The position numbers and the translations under genes were made by a program. 46,270 nucleotides of DNA from Candidatus Subterrananammoxibius californiae (GTDB taxonomy: Bacteria > Planctomycetota > Brocadiia > Brocadiales > Subterrananammoxibiaceae): the NCBI GenBank assembly GCA_030586555.1, contig JAURAC010000012.1, positions 32,428-78,697 of the forward strand, written 5' to 3'. The notes beneath the pieces were generated by a model. It saw only the letters and a program-made list of their open reading frames with translations, did not search any database and was not told the DNA's origin. This document shows, piece by piece, positions 36,549 to 46,270 of the stretch (position 1 is the first letter of the stretch; each line of letters opens with the position of its first letter).

Positions 36549-36554
36549 CCTATT

Positions 36555-36609
36555 TAGTTCATAGTTCATAGTTCATAACTATAAACTATGAGCTATGAGC
36601 CATGAGCTA
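36555..36609. repeat. Inverted heptamer array (TAGTTCA / TGAGCTA) in the tRNA 5' leader
   Basis: (TAGTTCA)x3 … TAAACTA TGAGCTA TGAGCCA TGAGCTA. Confidence 0.88.
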
Positions 36610-36627
36610 ATTATAGATGGTATGTCA

Positions 36628-37584
36628 TTAATTTGTCAATGCCTTTTTGCTCATGATTTTTGATAATTCCGTAGTGTCGTTTTTTATTTGTGCCTTTAAC
36701 GCTTCTGCGCTCTCAAACTTTTTTTCATCCCTTAACCTTGATAAAAATTGCACCTCCAAAACCTCTCCATAAATTTCATCATTAAAGTCGAGTATGTGTA
36801 CTTCAATACAACTTCCATCAGATTCGGCTGTCTCTTGCTGACCCTCAAAGGTTGGTCTATTACCTATATTGGTAAGGGCATAATATTCAATATTATTAAG
36901 TTTTACCTTTGATGCATAAACCCCGTCAGGTGGTTTTACCTCGTGATGTAAATCAAGATTAGCCGTTGGATAGCCAAGGTTACTTCCCCGTCCGACACAC
37001 CGAACTACTGTGCCTAAAACAGAAACTGGCCTTCCCAACATCTTCTCTGCCCCAATTAAGTCTCCCGAAATAATTTTCTGCCTGATTAAGGTGCTACTTA
37101 CAATTTCGCCATCGATTTTTACAGGCAGGCATGAACGGACGTCGAATCCATATTTCTCACCAAGTTTTCGTATAAAATGTGTGTCTCCCCGCCTACCCTT
37201 GCCGAATGAACAATCGAACCCTAACACCATTCCCTTTGAGGCAAGCCAGCCAGAAATAATCTGGCGAACAAAATCTTCCGTGCTCATTTCTGCAAGCTTG
37301 TGGTCGAACTCAAGTACAACTGCAAGGTCTATGCCCATTCGTTCAAGGAGAACCAGACGATGCTCAAGCGATGTAATAGAGGAATGAGGACGATTTGTGA
37401 GGAAGCTTTTTGGATGGCGGTCGAATGTGATAACTACTGATTCACCACCTTTTTCTTTTGCCCAGCGTATAGCCCTCCCTATTACTTTTTGGTGGCCAAG
37501 ATGAACACCGTCAAAAAATCCTATAGTAACAATAGGCCATCGAAGTTCTCTTGGCAATTTTCCTGTTCCAAAAACAGTGTTCAT
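36628..37584 (-). CDS. ribF: Bifunctional riboflavin kinase / FAD synthetase
   Basis: IGFFDGVHLGHQ, TFDRHP, VSSTLIR, LGYPTANL, NIGNRPTF, IEVHILDF, LRDEKKF. Confidence 0.95.
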   Translation of the reverse strand: MNTVFGTGKLPRELRWPIVTIGFFDGVHLGHQKVIGRAIRWAKEKGGESVVITFDRHPKSFLTNRPHSSITSLEHRLVLLERMGIDLAVVLEFDHKLAEMSTEDFVRQIISGWLASKGMVLGFDCSFGKGRRGDTHFIRKLGEKYGFDVRSCLPVKIDGEIVSSTLIRQKIISGDLIGAEKMLGRPVSVLGTVVRCVGRGSNLGYPTANLDLHHEVKPPDGVYASKVKLNNIEYYALTNIGNRPTFEGQQETAESDGSCIEVHILDFNDEIYGEVLEVQFLSRLRDEKKFESAEALKAQIKNDTTELSKIMSKKALTN

Positions 37585-37589
37585 ACATT

Positions 37590-37667
37590 TATAGGTTATA
37601 GGTCCTGGGTTATAGATATTTTTTACCTATTACCTAATTACCTATCACCTATCATCTACGACCTATC
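37590..37667. repeat. Inverted heptamer array (TATAGGT / ACCTATC)
   Basis: TATAGGT TATAGGT CCTGGGT TATAGAT … ACCTATT ACCTAAT … ACCTATC ATCTACG ACCTATC. Confidence 0.85.
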
Positions 37668-37672
37668 GAGGC

Positions 37673-39445
37673 TTACATAGAATATCTGGCTTCTAACTTT
37701 GCCTTCTGACTCAGGCTGTCTATCCACCGTATCATGAAGGCTTCCTGTTTTTCTGCGAGGTATATTTTAAGAATTCTATCCTCTCCTTCCTCAAATTTGC
37801 CTTTATCAGCCTCTTTTTTATCAACAAGTGATATTATATAACAGGTCTTTTCGCCCCTCTCTTCAACGACAATTGCAACGTCTTCTTTTTTGATACCGAA
37901 TGCCTTGGATGCCACATTTGGCCTATCGCCGTGAAGGGCTGGAATGTAGCGGGAAAGAAAGTCGCCTGAGTAAATAGGTCTTGAGAAATAATCTGTTTCG
38001 CTATGTTCTACTGTAACCTTTTGCGCTTCATTGCCGGGGCGGGCTACGGTAGGTCCTTGTTTTACAATCTCAAAAAGCGCTGCTTCTAAAATTTTTACTC
38101 CTTCATCAAAGTTTCCATCTTTCATCTTTTCCATACAGATTTCTGCCAGTTCTCTCATCTTTCTCAAAGCTTTTTCTTTCCTGAGGTCCATTTCAACCCT
38201 GTTGCGTATCTCTGCTAATGGCGGTGCACCTGGGGGCTTCCTATCAACAACCTGGAAGATAAATCTGCCCTCTGAACAGTCAAAGGGTGGGGTTGGGTCA
38301 TATTTTTCTCTCTCAAACGCCATAAGAGCGAGCTTATCTGTTCCGTGGATAATTTTATGTGCTTCTTTCTTTTCAAAGTAAGCGGTTATGTTATAGGTTA
38401 GAGAAGACTTCTTGGCAAGTTCTTCAAAACTGGTACGCTCCGTCTTACCTAATTCGGTTGTGATTTGGTCGTCAACCTTATTTACGAGTTCAATTGCCAA
38501 TTCTTCTGCTTTTTGCCTTTTTAGTATATTGTTTATTTCTTCCTTTACCTCATCAAACGGCTTATAAGAGTCCTGAGTCTTGGGTCCAGAGTCTTGAGTC
38601 AAAGCGTCTTGACTCTTGACTCCTGACTCCTGACTCGCTGACTCTAACTTGTATTTCGTGTTTTTGTTATCTTCGTAGTATTTTCGTACTTCCTCCTCTG
38701 AAACCGATACACGTTCCTTCAGGTCATCGTATCTTGCCATTATGTACTCTATTTTTACCTTTTCCAGTTCCTTGTAACCCGGAATGCCCTCAAAGGTATT
38801 TGGAAATGTGTCGCAGTGTTCATTATAAAAGGACTGAATTTCATCATCGTTAATTTCCATATAATCAACAATATCCTTCGCCTTAAGGGCAATATATTTA
38901 ACCTTTGCCTGTTCATTTTGCCAGGAATACTTCTGCCACGCCTCCTCAGAACTAACTTTGATAGAGTCTCTAATGAAGCGGTCCAACTTTTCTATTAGAA
39001 ATGCCTCACGTATTGTCTGTAAAAGTTGAGCCTCACCAACACCAAAGCTATCACAAAGGATGGCAACTATTCGGTCCACAGGTATGTTAATTTGCCCGCC
39101 AAAAAGTCTGGCACCCATCATCCTGATGCCTTCTAACACCTCTTCGTCGCTAATCCTTATGCCCAATCTCTCTGCCTCACGCACAAGCATTAACTGCTTC
39201 CAAACTGTCTCCCCTATGGGGGTTGGAGATTGCTGTAAAAATACTCTACTCCATCTCCTGATGGCGTCATTAAATTCATTTTGAGAAATATCTTTTCCAA
39301 AGATTGTCCCGACGGGCTTCTCCCCAAACTGGCGGGAAAGCATGCTAATTGCAGGGCCAATACCCCAGGCGGCCATTAACACAACAACAAATAGACCAAG
39401 AAACTTTTTCTGATTTTTTCTAAACCAATTCGAATCAAATTTCAT
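37673..39445 (-). CDS. SurA N-terminal domain / PpiD-like periplasmic chaperone
   Basis: WFRKNQK plus N-terminal TM, EAERLGIRISDEEV, repeated VSEEEVRKYYEDNK, PFDEVKEEI, PLAEIRNRV. Confidence 0.75.
   Translation of the reverse strand: MKFDSNWFRKNQKKFLGLFVVVLMAAWGIGPAISMLSRQFGEKPVGTIFGKDISQNEFNDAIRRWSRVFLQQSPTPIGETVWKQLMLVREAERLGIRISDEEVLEGIRMMGARLFGGQINIPVDRIVAILCDSFGVGEAQLLQTIREAFLIEKLDRFIRDSIKVSSEEAWQKYSWQNEQAKVKYIALKAKDIVDYMEINDDEIQSFYNEHCDTFPNTFEGIPGYKELEKVKIEYIMARYDDLKERVSVSEEEVRKYYEDNKNTKYKLESASQESGVKSQDALTQDSGPKTQDSYKPFDEVKEEINNILKRQKAEELAIELVNKVDDQITTELGKTERTSFEELAKKSSLTYNITAYFEKKEAHKIIHGTDKLALMAFEREKYDPTPPFDCSEGRFIFQVVDRKPPGAPPLAEIRNRVEMDLRKEKALRKMRELAEICMEKMKDGNFDEGVKILEAALFEIVKQGPTVARPGNEAQKVTVEHSETDYFSRPIYSGDFLSRYIPALHGDRPNVASKAFGIKKEDVAIVVEERGEKTCYIISLVDKKEADKGKFEEGEDRILKIYLAEKQEAFMIRWIDSLSQKAKLEARYSM
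38567..38645. repeat. Inverted heptamer array (TGAGTCC / TGACTCC) in frame
   Basis: AGAGTCC TGAGTCT TGGGTCC AGAGTCT TGAGTCA … TGACTCT TGACTCC TGACTCC TGACTCG, read as ESASQESGVKSQDALTQDSGPKTQDS. Confidence 0.88.
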
Positions 39446-39853
39446 GCTTACCTCTGCTGTATTTTGAATTAGATTGTAAAGTGTTATTCATCGGATTACA
39501 ATATACATCATTATTATAATTTGTCAATTATACATTATCAAATGCTTTTTGCAATGGATAATTATGCTAACTTAAATTCAGACTTCTCTAAATGTTTTAA
39601 ATCAGGACGTTTCTAAATGTGGTTAACAATCAGCCTTCTAAAATAGACATTGCACATTTGAGTGAAGCAATGTCAAATTTTTAGCCCGTTAATTTTCTTG
39701 ACAGTGTTGGTTAGATTTGATTAAATAAAGTACATAAAGTGTGTAGTAATATGGCAGTAAAAAGCATGTCCGCAGATAGGCTTTTCACCATATTTTAAAT
39801 ATAATTTCTTGACTGAGGAAGGTTTGTAACTTTCCTCAAAAAGGTAAAATAAT

Positions 39854-42451
39854 ATGCTTTTTTCGAATACTTTAGGCAAGGTCTTTGGTTCGTCTAATGA
39901 GCGGATAGTGCGCAGATTGTACCCCATTGTTGAACATATTAATTCGTTTGAGCCAAAGATGCAAAAATTGACAGATGCCGAACTCAGGCAAAAGACCGAT
40001 GAGTTCAAGATGAGAGTCTCAAAGGGTGAGACCCTCGACGATATTTTGCCTGAGGCTTTTGCTGTCGTCAGGGAGGCAAGCCGTCGAATACCCACTACGC
40101 CAGACCCCAGAATATTACCCAAGGCAATGAGGCACTTTGATGTACAGCTTATTGGCGGCATTGTGCTGCATCAGGGAAAAATCGCAGAGATGCAAACCGG
40201 TGAAGGAAAGACCCTCGTTGCAACCCTGCCCGCGTACCTTAATGCGCTTACCCGCAAGGGCGTCCATATTGTCACCGTAAACGATTATCTTGCAAAAAGG
40301 GACAGAGACTGGATGGGTCCTGTTTACGAAGCCCTCGGTTTAACAGTGGGAGCAATCCAGTCAAACCAGGAATACAATGAAAAGAGGGCTGCCTACCAGT
40401 GTGATATTACATACGGTACAAATAATGAGTTTGGCTTCGACTACCTCCGTGACAATATGAGGGCAAGGCTGGAAGAGCAGGTGCAAGTCAGTCGTGGACT
40501 TAACTATGCCATTGTTGATGAGGTTGACAGCATCCTCATTGATGAAGCAAGAACCCCCCTCATAATTTCAGGTCCTGCCGAGGAATCCACAGAGAGATAT
40601 TATAGAGCCGACACAGTAGCTCGCAGGCTCAAACCGGGAAAACATTTTGAGATAAAGGAGAAGGAAAAAGCCACCCACCTTACTGAAGAAGGTATAGAAG
40701 AGGTCGAAAAGCTGTTGGGCGTTGAGAGCATATATACTGATAAAAATATGGACTGGCCCCACTTCATTGAACAAGCCCTTCGTGCACATCACCTTTTTAA
40801 AGGGGACAGGGACTATATTGTACAGGGCAGAGAGGTTGTTATTGTGGATGAATTTACGGGGCGATTAATGGATGGCAGGGTATGGAGTGATGGCTTACAT
40901 CAGGCAGTACAAGCCAAGGAGCGATTAAGAGTAAAGGAGGAAAACCAGACACTTGCCACAATTACCCTGCAGAACTTCTTCAGACTTTATAAAAAACTTG
41001 CTGGAATGACGGGGACGGCAGCCACTGAGGCGGCTGAATTTGACAAGATTTATGGTCTTGAGGTCGTAACTATCCCCACTAATAAGCCTTTGATAAGATA
41101 CACCAATCCTGATAGGGTCTTCCGAACCGAAAAGGAGAAGTTCGACGCTATAGAGGAGGAGATAAAGGAAATCAATCAGACAGGCAGGCCCGTACTTGTT
41201 GGCACCGTCTCAATCGAAAAATCAGAAATACTCAGCAACAGGCTCAGAAGACTTGGAATAGAGCATGAGGTGCTTAATGCAAAGCAGCATGCACGGGAAG
41301 CCGTGATTGTGTCTAAGGCTGGCCAGATGAACACCGTTACCATTGCTACGAACATGGCTGGCAGGGGAACAGACATTGTACTGGGCGAAGGTGTTGCCAA
41401 ATTGGGGGGGCTCCATATTGTTGGGACAGAGAGGCATGAGGCGCGCAGAATAGATAACCAGCTAAGAGGACGTGCAGGCCGTCAGGGGGACCCGGGCTCA
41501 TCCAGATTCTACGTTTCCCTCGAAGACGACTTGATGCGCATATTTGCATCTGAAAGGGTGAGTTCGATACTTAAGAAATTTGGTATGACGGAGGGTATGG
41601 CAATAGAGCACTCTATGATTACCAAATCAATCGAGAGAGCCCAGAAAAAAGTTGAGGAACACAACTTCGAGATACGAAAACATCTCCTTGAGTATGACGA
41701 GGTAATGGATGAACAACGAAAGTCCATCTATGGCTGGCGGCAAAATGTTCTGGAAGGGAAAAATCTCAAAGAAGACATGCTCAGACTGATAAAAGAAAGT
41801 GCCCTCGATTCGGTTGATTATTATCTAAATCTCAAGTTAGAGTCGGGCGAATGGGACAGTAAAGGTCTTGTAAACTGGTTCCGTCAGAAGTTTGGTACGG
41901 AGGTCAATTTAAATAATACAAATGAACTGAGCCGTGAAGATATAGAAAATCTCTTAATAGAAGAGTCTATCAAGGCATACGAGGAAAAAGAAAAATCCAT
42001 CGGGGAAGTGCAGATGAGAAAACTCGAACAACTCCTCCTCCTCGATAGGGTAGATATAAGGTGGAAAGACCATCTGTATGCGATGGACCACCTGAAATCT
42101 GGTATTGGCCTTCGTGGTTATGCGCAGGTGGACCCAAAGGTAGAGTACAAACGTGAAGCGCTGGCAATGTTTGAAAGCATGGGGATGTCTATCAGGGAAG
42201 AGGTAACAGACCTTATCTTTAAATTGCAGCTTAGAACCGAGGAAGAAAGTAGACCCAGGGATGTATGGCATGAGGATTCCTTTGTTTATCAGGACTTTTC
42301 AGCCTCGGCAAAACAATCCCAGGAAGCCATTGCCAACTCTGAGACCGCAGAACAGAAGCTCGAACCCATCAGGGTTGGACTGAAGGTTGGAAGAAACCAG
42401 CCTTGTCCCTGCGGTAGCGGGAAGAAGTATAAACAATGCTGTGGCAAATAA
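39854..42451 (+). CDS. secA: Preprotein translocase ATPase SecA
   Basis: MQTGEGKT, VTVNDYLA, DEVDSILIDEARTPLIIS, ATNMAGRGTDI, QLRGRAGRQGDPG, SEC-C CPCGSGKKYKQCC. Confidence 0.98.
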   Translation: MLFSNTLGKVFGSSNERIVRRLYPIVEHINSFEPKMQKLTDAELRQKTDEFKMRVSKGETLDDILPEAFAVVREASRRIPTTPDPRILPKAMRHFDVQLIGGIVLHQGKIAEMQTGEGKTLVATLPAYLNALTRKGVHIVTVNDYLAKRDRDWMGPVYEALGLTVGAIQSNQEYNEKRAAYQCDITYGTNNEFGFDYLRDNMRARLEEQVQVSRGLNYAIVDEVDSILIDEARTPLIISGPAEESTERYYRADTVARRLKPGKHFEIKEKEKATHLTEEGIEEVEKLLGVESIYTDKNMDWPHFIEQALRAHHLFKGDRDYIVQGREVVIVDEFTGRLMDGRVWSDGLHQAVQAKERLRVKEENQTLATITLQNFFRLYKKLAGMTGTAATEAAEFDKIYGLEVVTIPTNKPLIRYTNPDRVFRTEKEKFDAIEEEIKEINQTGRPVLVGTVSIEKSEILSNRLRRLGIEHEVLNAKQHAREAVIVSKAGQMNTVTIATNMAGRGTDIVLGEGVAKLGGLHIVGTERHEARRIDNQLRGRAGRQGDPGSSRFYVSLEDDLMRIFASERVSSILKKFGMTEGMAIEHSMITKSIERAQKKVEEHNFEIRKHLLEYDEVMDEQRKSIYGWRQNVLEGKNLKEDMLRLIKESALDSVDYYLNLKLESGEWDSKGLVNWFRQKFGTEVNLNNTNELSREDIENLLIEESIKAYEEKEKSIGEVQMRKLEQLLLLDRVDIRWKDHLYAMDHLKSGIGLRGYAQVDPKVEYKREALAMFESMGMSIREEVTDLIFKLQLRTEEESRPRDVWHEDSFVYQDFSASAKQSQEAIANSETAEQKLEPIRVGLKVGRNQPCPCGSGKKYKQCCGK

Positions 42452-42525
42452 GAGTTGAGAGTTGGTAGTTAAGAGTTCGGAGTTTAAAAACTCGCAACTC
42501 ACAACTCGTAACTCACAACTCGCAA
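42450..42525. repeat. Inverted heptamer array (AGAGTT / AACTC) filling the secA-waaA spacer
   Basis: AAGAGTT GAGAGTT GGTAGTT AAGAGTT CGGAGTT … AAACTCG CAACTCA CAACTCG TAACTCA CAACTCG. Confidence 0.88.
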
Positions 42526-42526
42526 T

Positions 42527-43882
42527 ATGTTATTAGATTTACTTTATCTTGCAGGTATTACCCTGGGGACTCCTTACATACTCCTGAAGATGGCAACCAG
42601 CGAGCGATTCCGCGCAGGTTTATCGCAAAGGCTCGGATGGGTGCCTGAGCGAAAGGGACAAGGACCGTGCTTCTGGGTTCATACCGCTTCAGTCGGTGAG
42701 GTACTAACGGCAAAAACCCTCATTAATGCAATAGAGGAAGTGCTCCCTGGCTACGATATTGTTATAACCACATCTACTAATACAGGATTTTCTGTAGCGA
42801 AAAGAAATTTTGCAGACAAAGAGATTTTCTACTTTCCTCTTGACTTAAGCTGGATAATCAGGAAGGTATTTAATAACATAAAGCCAGCGTGTATTGTATT
42901 AATTGAGTTGGAGCTCTGGCCTAATTTATTAATAGCAGCCACACAACAGGGTATACCTGTTGTAGTGATGAATGGCCGTATTTCAGCAAGGTCAGAAAAA
43001 GCTTACCAGGTATTGAGTTTTCTTTCAAGAGAATTTGCCAGAGCTTTAACATCAAAACGTAACCTCTATTGTGCCAGAACTAAGGCAGATGCAGAGTTGT
43101 TCCACAAGTTAGGGATAGTGGATGAGCGCATCCTTGTAACAGGCACAATGAAATATGATAATATCTCGACACAGCAAGATGAAGGAGTATCTAACAACTT
43201 TGCACGTTTGTTTAATATTAAAAATGCTTCGTTAAAAGCAAGTCCTGAGAACTTGCTTTTAACCCCTGTAATTGTTGGAGGAAGTACGCACGAGGGTGAA
43301 GAGGCTGCTTTGTTGAGGGTTTATAAGACCCTTCGTCATAAAATTAATAATTTAAGACTAATTTTAGCCCCTCGACATGTTGAGAGAACAAAGGACGTTG
43401 TAAAGTTAATAAAAGCCATGGGTCTTTCTTGTGTTCAAAAGACGCATCTGGATAAAGGCTCAATATCTAACGATGACGCCGTAATCTTAATAGACACAGT
43501 GGGTGATTTGGCAAAGATATACTCCTTGGCGAGTTGTGTATTTATAGGAAAAAGCCTATTTGCAAAGGGTGGACAGAACGTTATGGAACCAGCAGGCTTG
43601 GGTGTGCCTGTGGTTTGCGGACCGTATATGTACAATTTTAAGGAGGAGATGCAATTATTGCAGGCTAATCAAGCTGTAAAGGTTGTCAACAATGAACAAG
43701 AACTCTTAAACACGATTCAGGGTTTTTTAGAAGACCCAAATGCTGCAAAAGAGATGGGACAAAGGGCAAAAAAGGTTGTAATTGAAAGTAAAGGCGCAAC
43801 TGAGCGCAATATAGCAATCTTAAAAAATCTTTTAGAAGACCTTCGGCTGAGCTCAGTCGAAGCCAAAGAGAGGAAAGTATGA
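42527..43882 (+). CDS. waaA: 3-deoxy-D-manno-octulosonic acid (Kdo) transferase
   Basis: [48 protein letters not shown]. Confidence 0.94.
   Translation: MLLDLLYLAGITLGTPYILLKMATSERFRAGLSQRLGWVPERKGQGPCFWVHTASVGEVLTAKTLINAIEEVLPGYDIVITTSTNTGFSVAKRNFADKEIFYFPLDLSWIIRKVFNNIKPACIVLIELELWPNLLIAATQQGIPVVVMNGRISARSEKAYQVLSFLSREFARALTSKRNLYCARTKADAELFHKLGIVDERILVTGTMKYDNISTQQDEGVSNNFARLFNIKNASLKASPENLLLTPVIVGGSTHEGEEAALLRVYKTLRHKINNLRLILAPRHVERTKDVVKLIKAMGLSCVQKTHLDKGSISNDDAVILIDTVGDLAKIYSLASCVFIGKSLFAKGGQNVMEPAGLGVPVVCGPYMYNFKEEMQLLQANQAVKVVNNEQELLNTIQGFLEDPNAAKEMGQRAKKVVIESKGATERNIAILKNLLEDLRLSSVEAKERKV
43231..43263. repeat. Perfect 13-bp inverted repeat in frame in waaA
   Basis: GTTAAAAGCAAGT-CCTGAGA-ACTTGCTTTTAAC, read as [11 protein letters not shown] just before VIVGGSTH. 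Confidence 0.8.
43841..43862. repeat. CTTCGG-CTGAG palindrome at the waaA C-terminus
   Basis: CTTCGGCTGAG-CTCAGTCGAAG, read as LRLSSVE. Confidence 0.75.
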
Positions 43883-45075
43883 AGAGTGGAAGGCATTTGT
43901 TTACATCTGAATCAGTAACAATGGGGCATCCAGATAAGATGGCAGACCAAATCTCTGATGCGGTACTTGATGCTATTCTTGCACAAGACCCTTATGGCAG
44001 GGTCGCTTGTGAAACATTGGTCAAAACAGGTCTTGTAATGATAGCTGGAGAGATAACCACAAAAGCCTCTATATCCATTCCTGAGGTGGCGAGGGAAACC
44101 ATTAAGGAAATAGGTTATACGGATACAAGCATGGGATTCGATTACAATACCTGCGCAGTGCTAACCTGCGTGGATAAACAATCCCCTGATATTGCAATGG
44201 GGGTTGATGAAAGCACCCAAAAGGAATTGGGGGCAGGTGACCAGGGGCTGATGTTTGGATACGCTTGTAACGAGACCCCCCAATTAATGCCGCTCCCCAT
44301 AATGTTAGCCCACGGTCTGGTCATTAAACTTGCAGAGTTAAGGCAGTCTGGTAAGTTATCTTATCTGCGCCCCGATGGCAAAACACAGGTTACTGTAGAG
44401 TATGATGACAGTTCTCCAGTTAGAGTAGACACGGTAGTAATCTCTACACAACATGCAGACGATGTGGATAATGAAACAATACATGAAGACATGATAGACC
44501 TGGTAGCTAAAAAGGTTATTCCAGCAAAGTACTTAAGTAATACCAAATTTCTCGTAAATCCAACCGGCCGCTTTGTTCGTGGCGGACCCCTTGCAGATTG
44601 CGGCTTAACTGGCAGAAAGATAATCGTGGACACGTACGGTGGCAGGGCAAGACACGGTGGCGGAGCATTCTCCGGAAAAGACCCAACAAAGGTTGACAGA
44701 AGTGCCAACTACGCTGCACGCCACATTGCTAAAAATATCGTTGCGGCAGGGCTTGCTGATAGATGCGAGGTACAGGTTTCTTATGCCATAGGTATGGTAA
44801 ATCCTACCTCAGTTCTTGTCCACACCGAAGGAACGGCAAAGATTCCTGAAGAAAGGATAGCCGAACTGGTAGAAAAGCATTTTGATTTGACGCCGACAGG
44901 CATCATTAAACGCCTTAACCTCCGCCGCCCAATTTATAAAGAAACCGCTCGCAATGGGCATTTTGGCAGAACTGGAGAGGGATTTACATGGGAAAAGACG
45001 GATATGGTTGACATCCTGAGAAAGGAAGCAGGATTGAAATCATCTGAACGGGTGAAAATCCTTTGCCCGACTTAA
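43879..45075 (+). CDS. metK: S-adenosylmethionine synthetase
   Basis: [55 protein letters not shown]. Confidence 0.98.
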   Translation: MKSGRHLFTSESVTMGHPDKMADQISDAVLDAILAQDPYGRVACETLVKTGLVMIAGEITTKASISIPEVARETIKEIGYTDTSMGFDYNTCAVLTCVDKQSPDIAMGVDESTQKELGAGDQGLMFGYACNETPQLMPLPIMLAHGLVIKLAELRQSGKLSYLRPDGKTQVTVEYDDSSPVRVDTVVISTQHADDVDNETIHEDMIDLVAKKVIPAKYLSNTKFLVNPTGRFVRGGPLADCGLTGRKIIVDTYGGRARHGGGAFSGKDPTKVDRSANYAARHIAKNIVAAGLADRCEVQVSYAIGMVNPTSVLVHTEGTAKIPEERIAELVEKHFDLTPTGIIKRLNLRRPIYKETARNGHFGRTGEGFTWEKTDMVDILRKEAGLKSSERVKILCPT

Positions 45076-45096
45076 CGAGGAATAATGTTATCTACA

Positions 45097-46270
<1,174 letters not shown>

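Noticed and set aside
40084..40125. SecA insertion IPTTPDPRILPKA as another repeat-derived peptide
   Set aside because: Only a weak 7-nt periodicity and no inverted partner; it may be a lineage-specific loop

Overview
Bacterial chromosomal window, mostly housekeeping genes. The ribH-nusB-ftsY order, waaA and general protein style are compatible with a PVC/Planctomycetota (Brocadiia-like) organism; this is a low-confidence inference. Gene order: dinB, a 21-aa micro-ORF, an EEP nuclease, a divergent GlmM-like mutase and a stand-alone GlmU-type acetyltransferase, PNPOx-like, NDUFA9-like, ridA and GlcF-like genes, then ribH, a nusB-PHP fusion and ftsY. These are followed by an MNT-HEPN toxin-antitoxin pair, an AT-rich small-protein plus Rad50/RloC-like ABC-ATPase cassette, an MBL hydrolase, a partial type II secretion cluster (D,I,J,K,L,M,C/N-like,F), nnrD and larB. 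A C-protein-controlled ScaI-like restriction-modification system sits between two decayed toxin-antitoxin loci, followed by tsaD, an S41 protease, split transketolase, tRNA-Phe, ribF, a SurA/PpiD-like chaperone, secA, waaA, metK and a truncated ahcY. The most striking signal is not a gene: the window is densely populated by several unrelated families of short palindromic elements (GTAG REP-like, CCCTCTCCC, CCCCT, GGACAAAC, TCCGCC, CTTCGG/CTGAG, GTTAAAAGCAAGT) and by heptamer-periodic inverted arrays that use a different 7-mer at almost every site. Many lie in frame inside apparently intact proteins, and some are nested inside each other. No mobilising enzyme for these elements is encoded in the window. 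All calls come from reading motifs by eye; no database searches were run.
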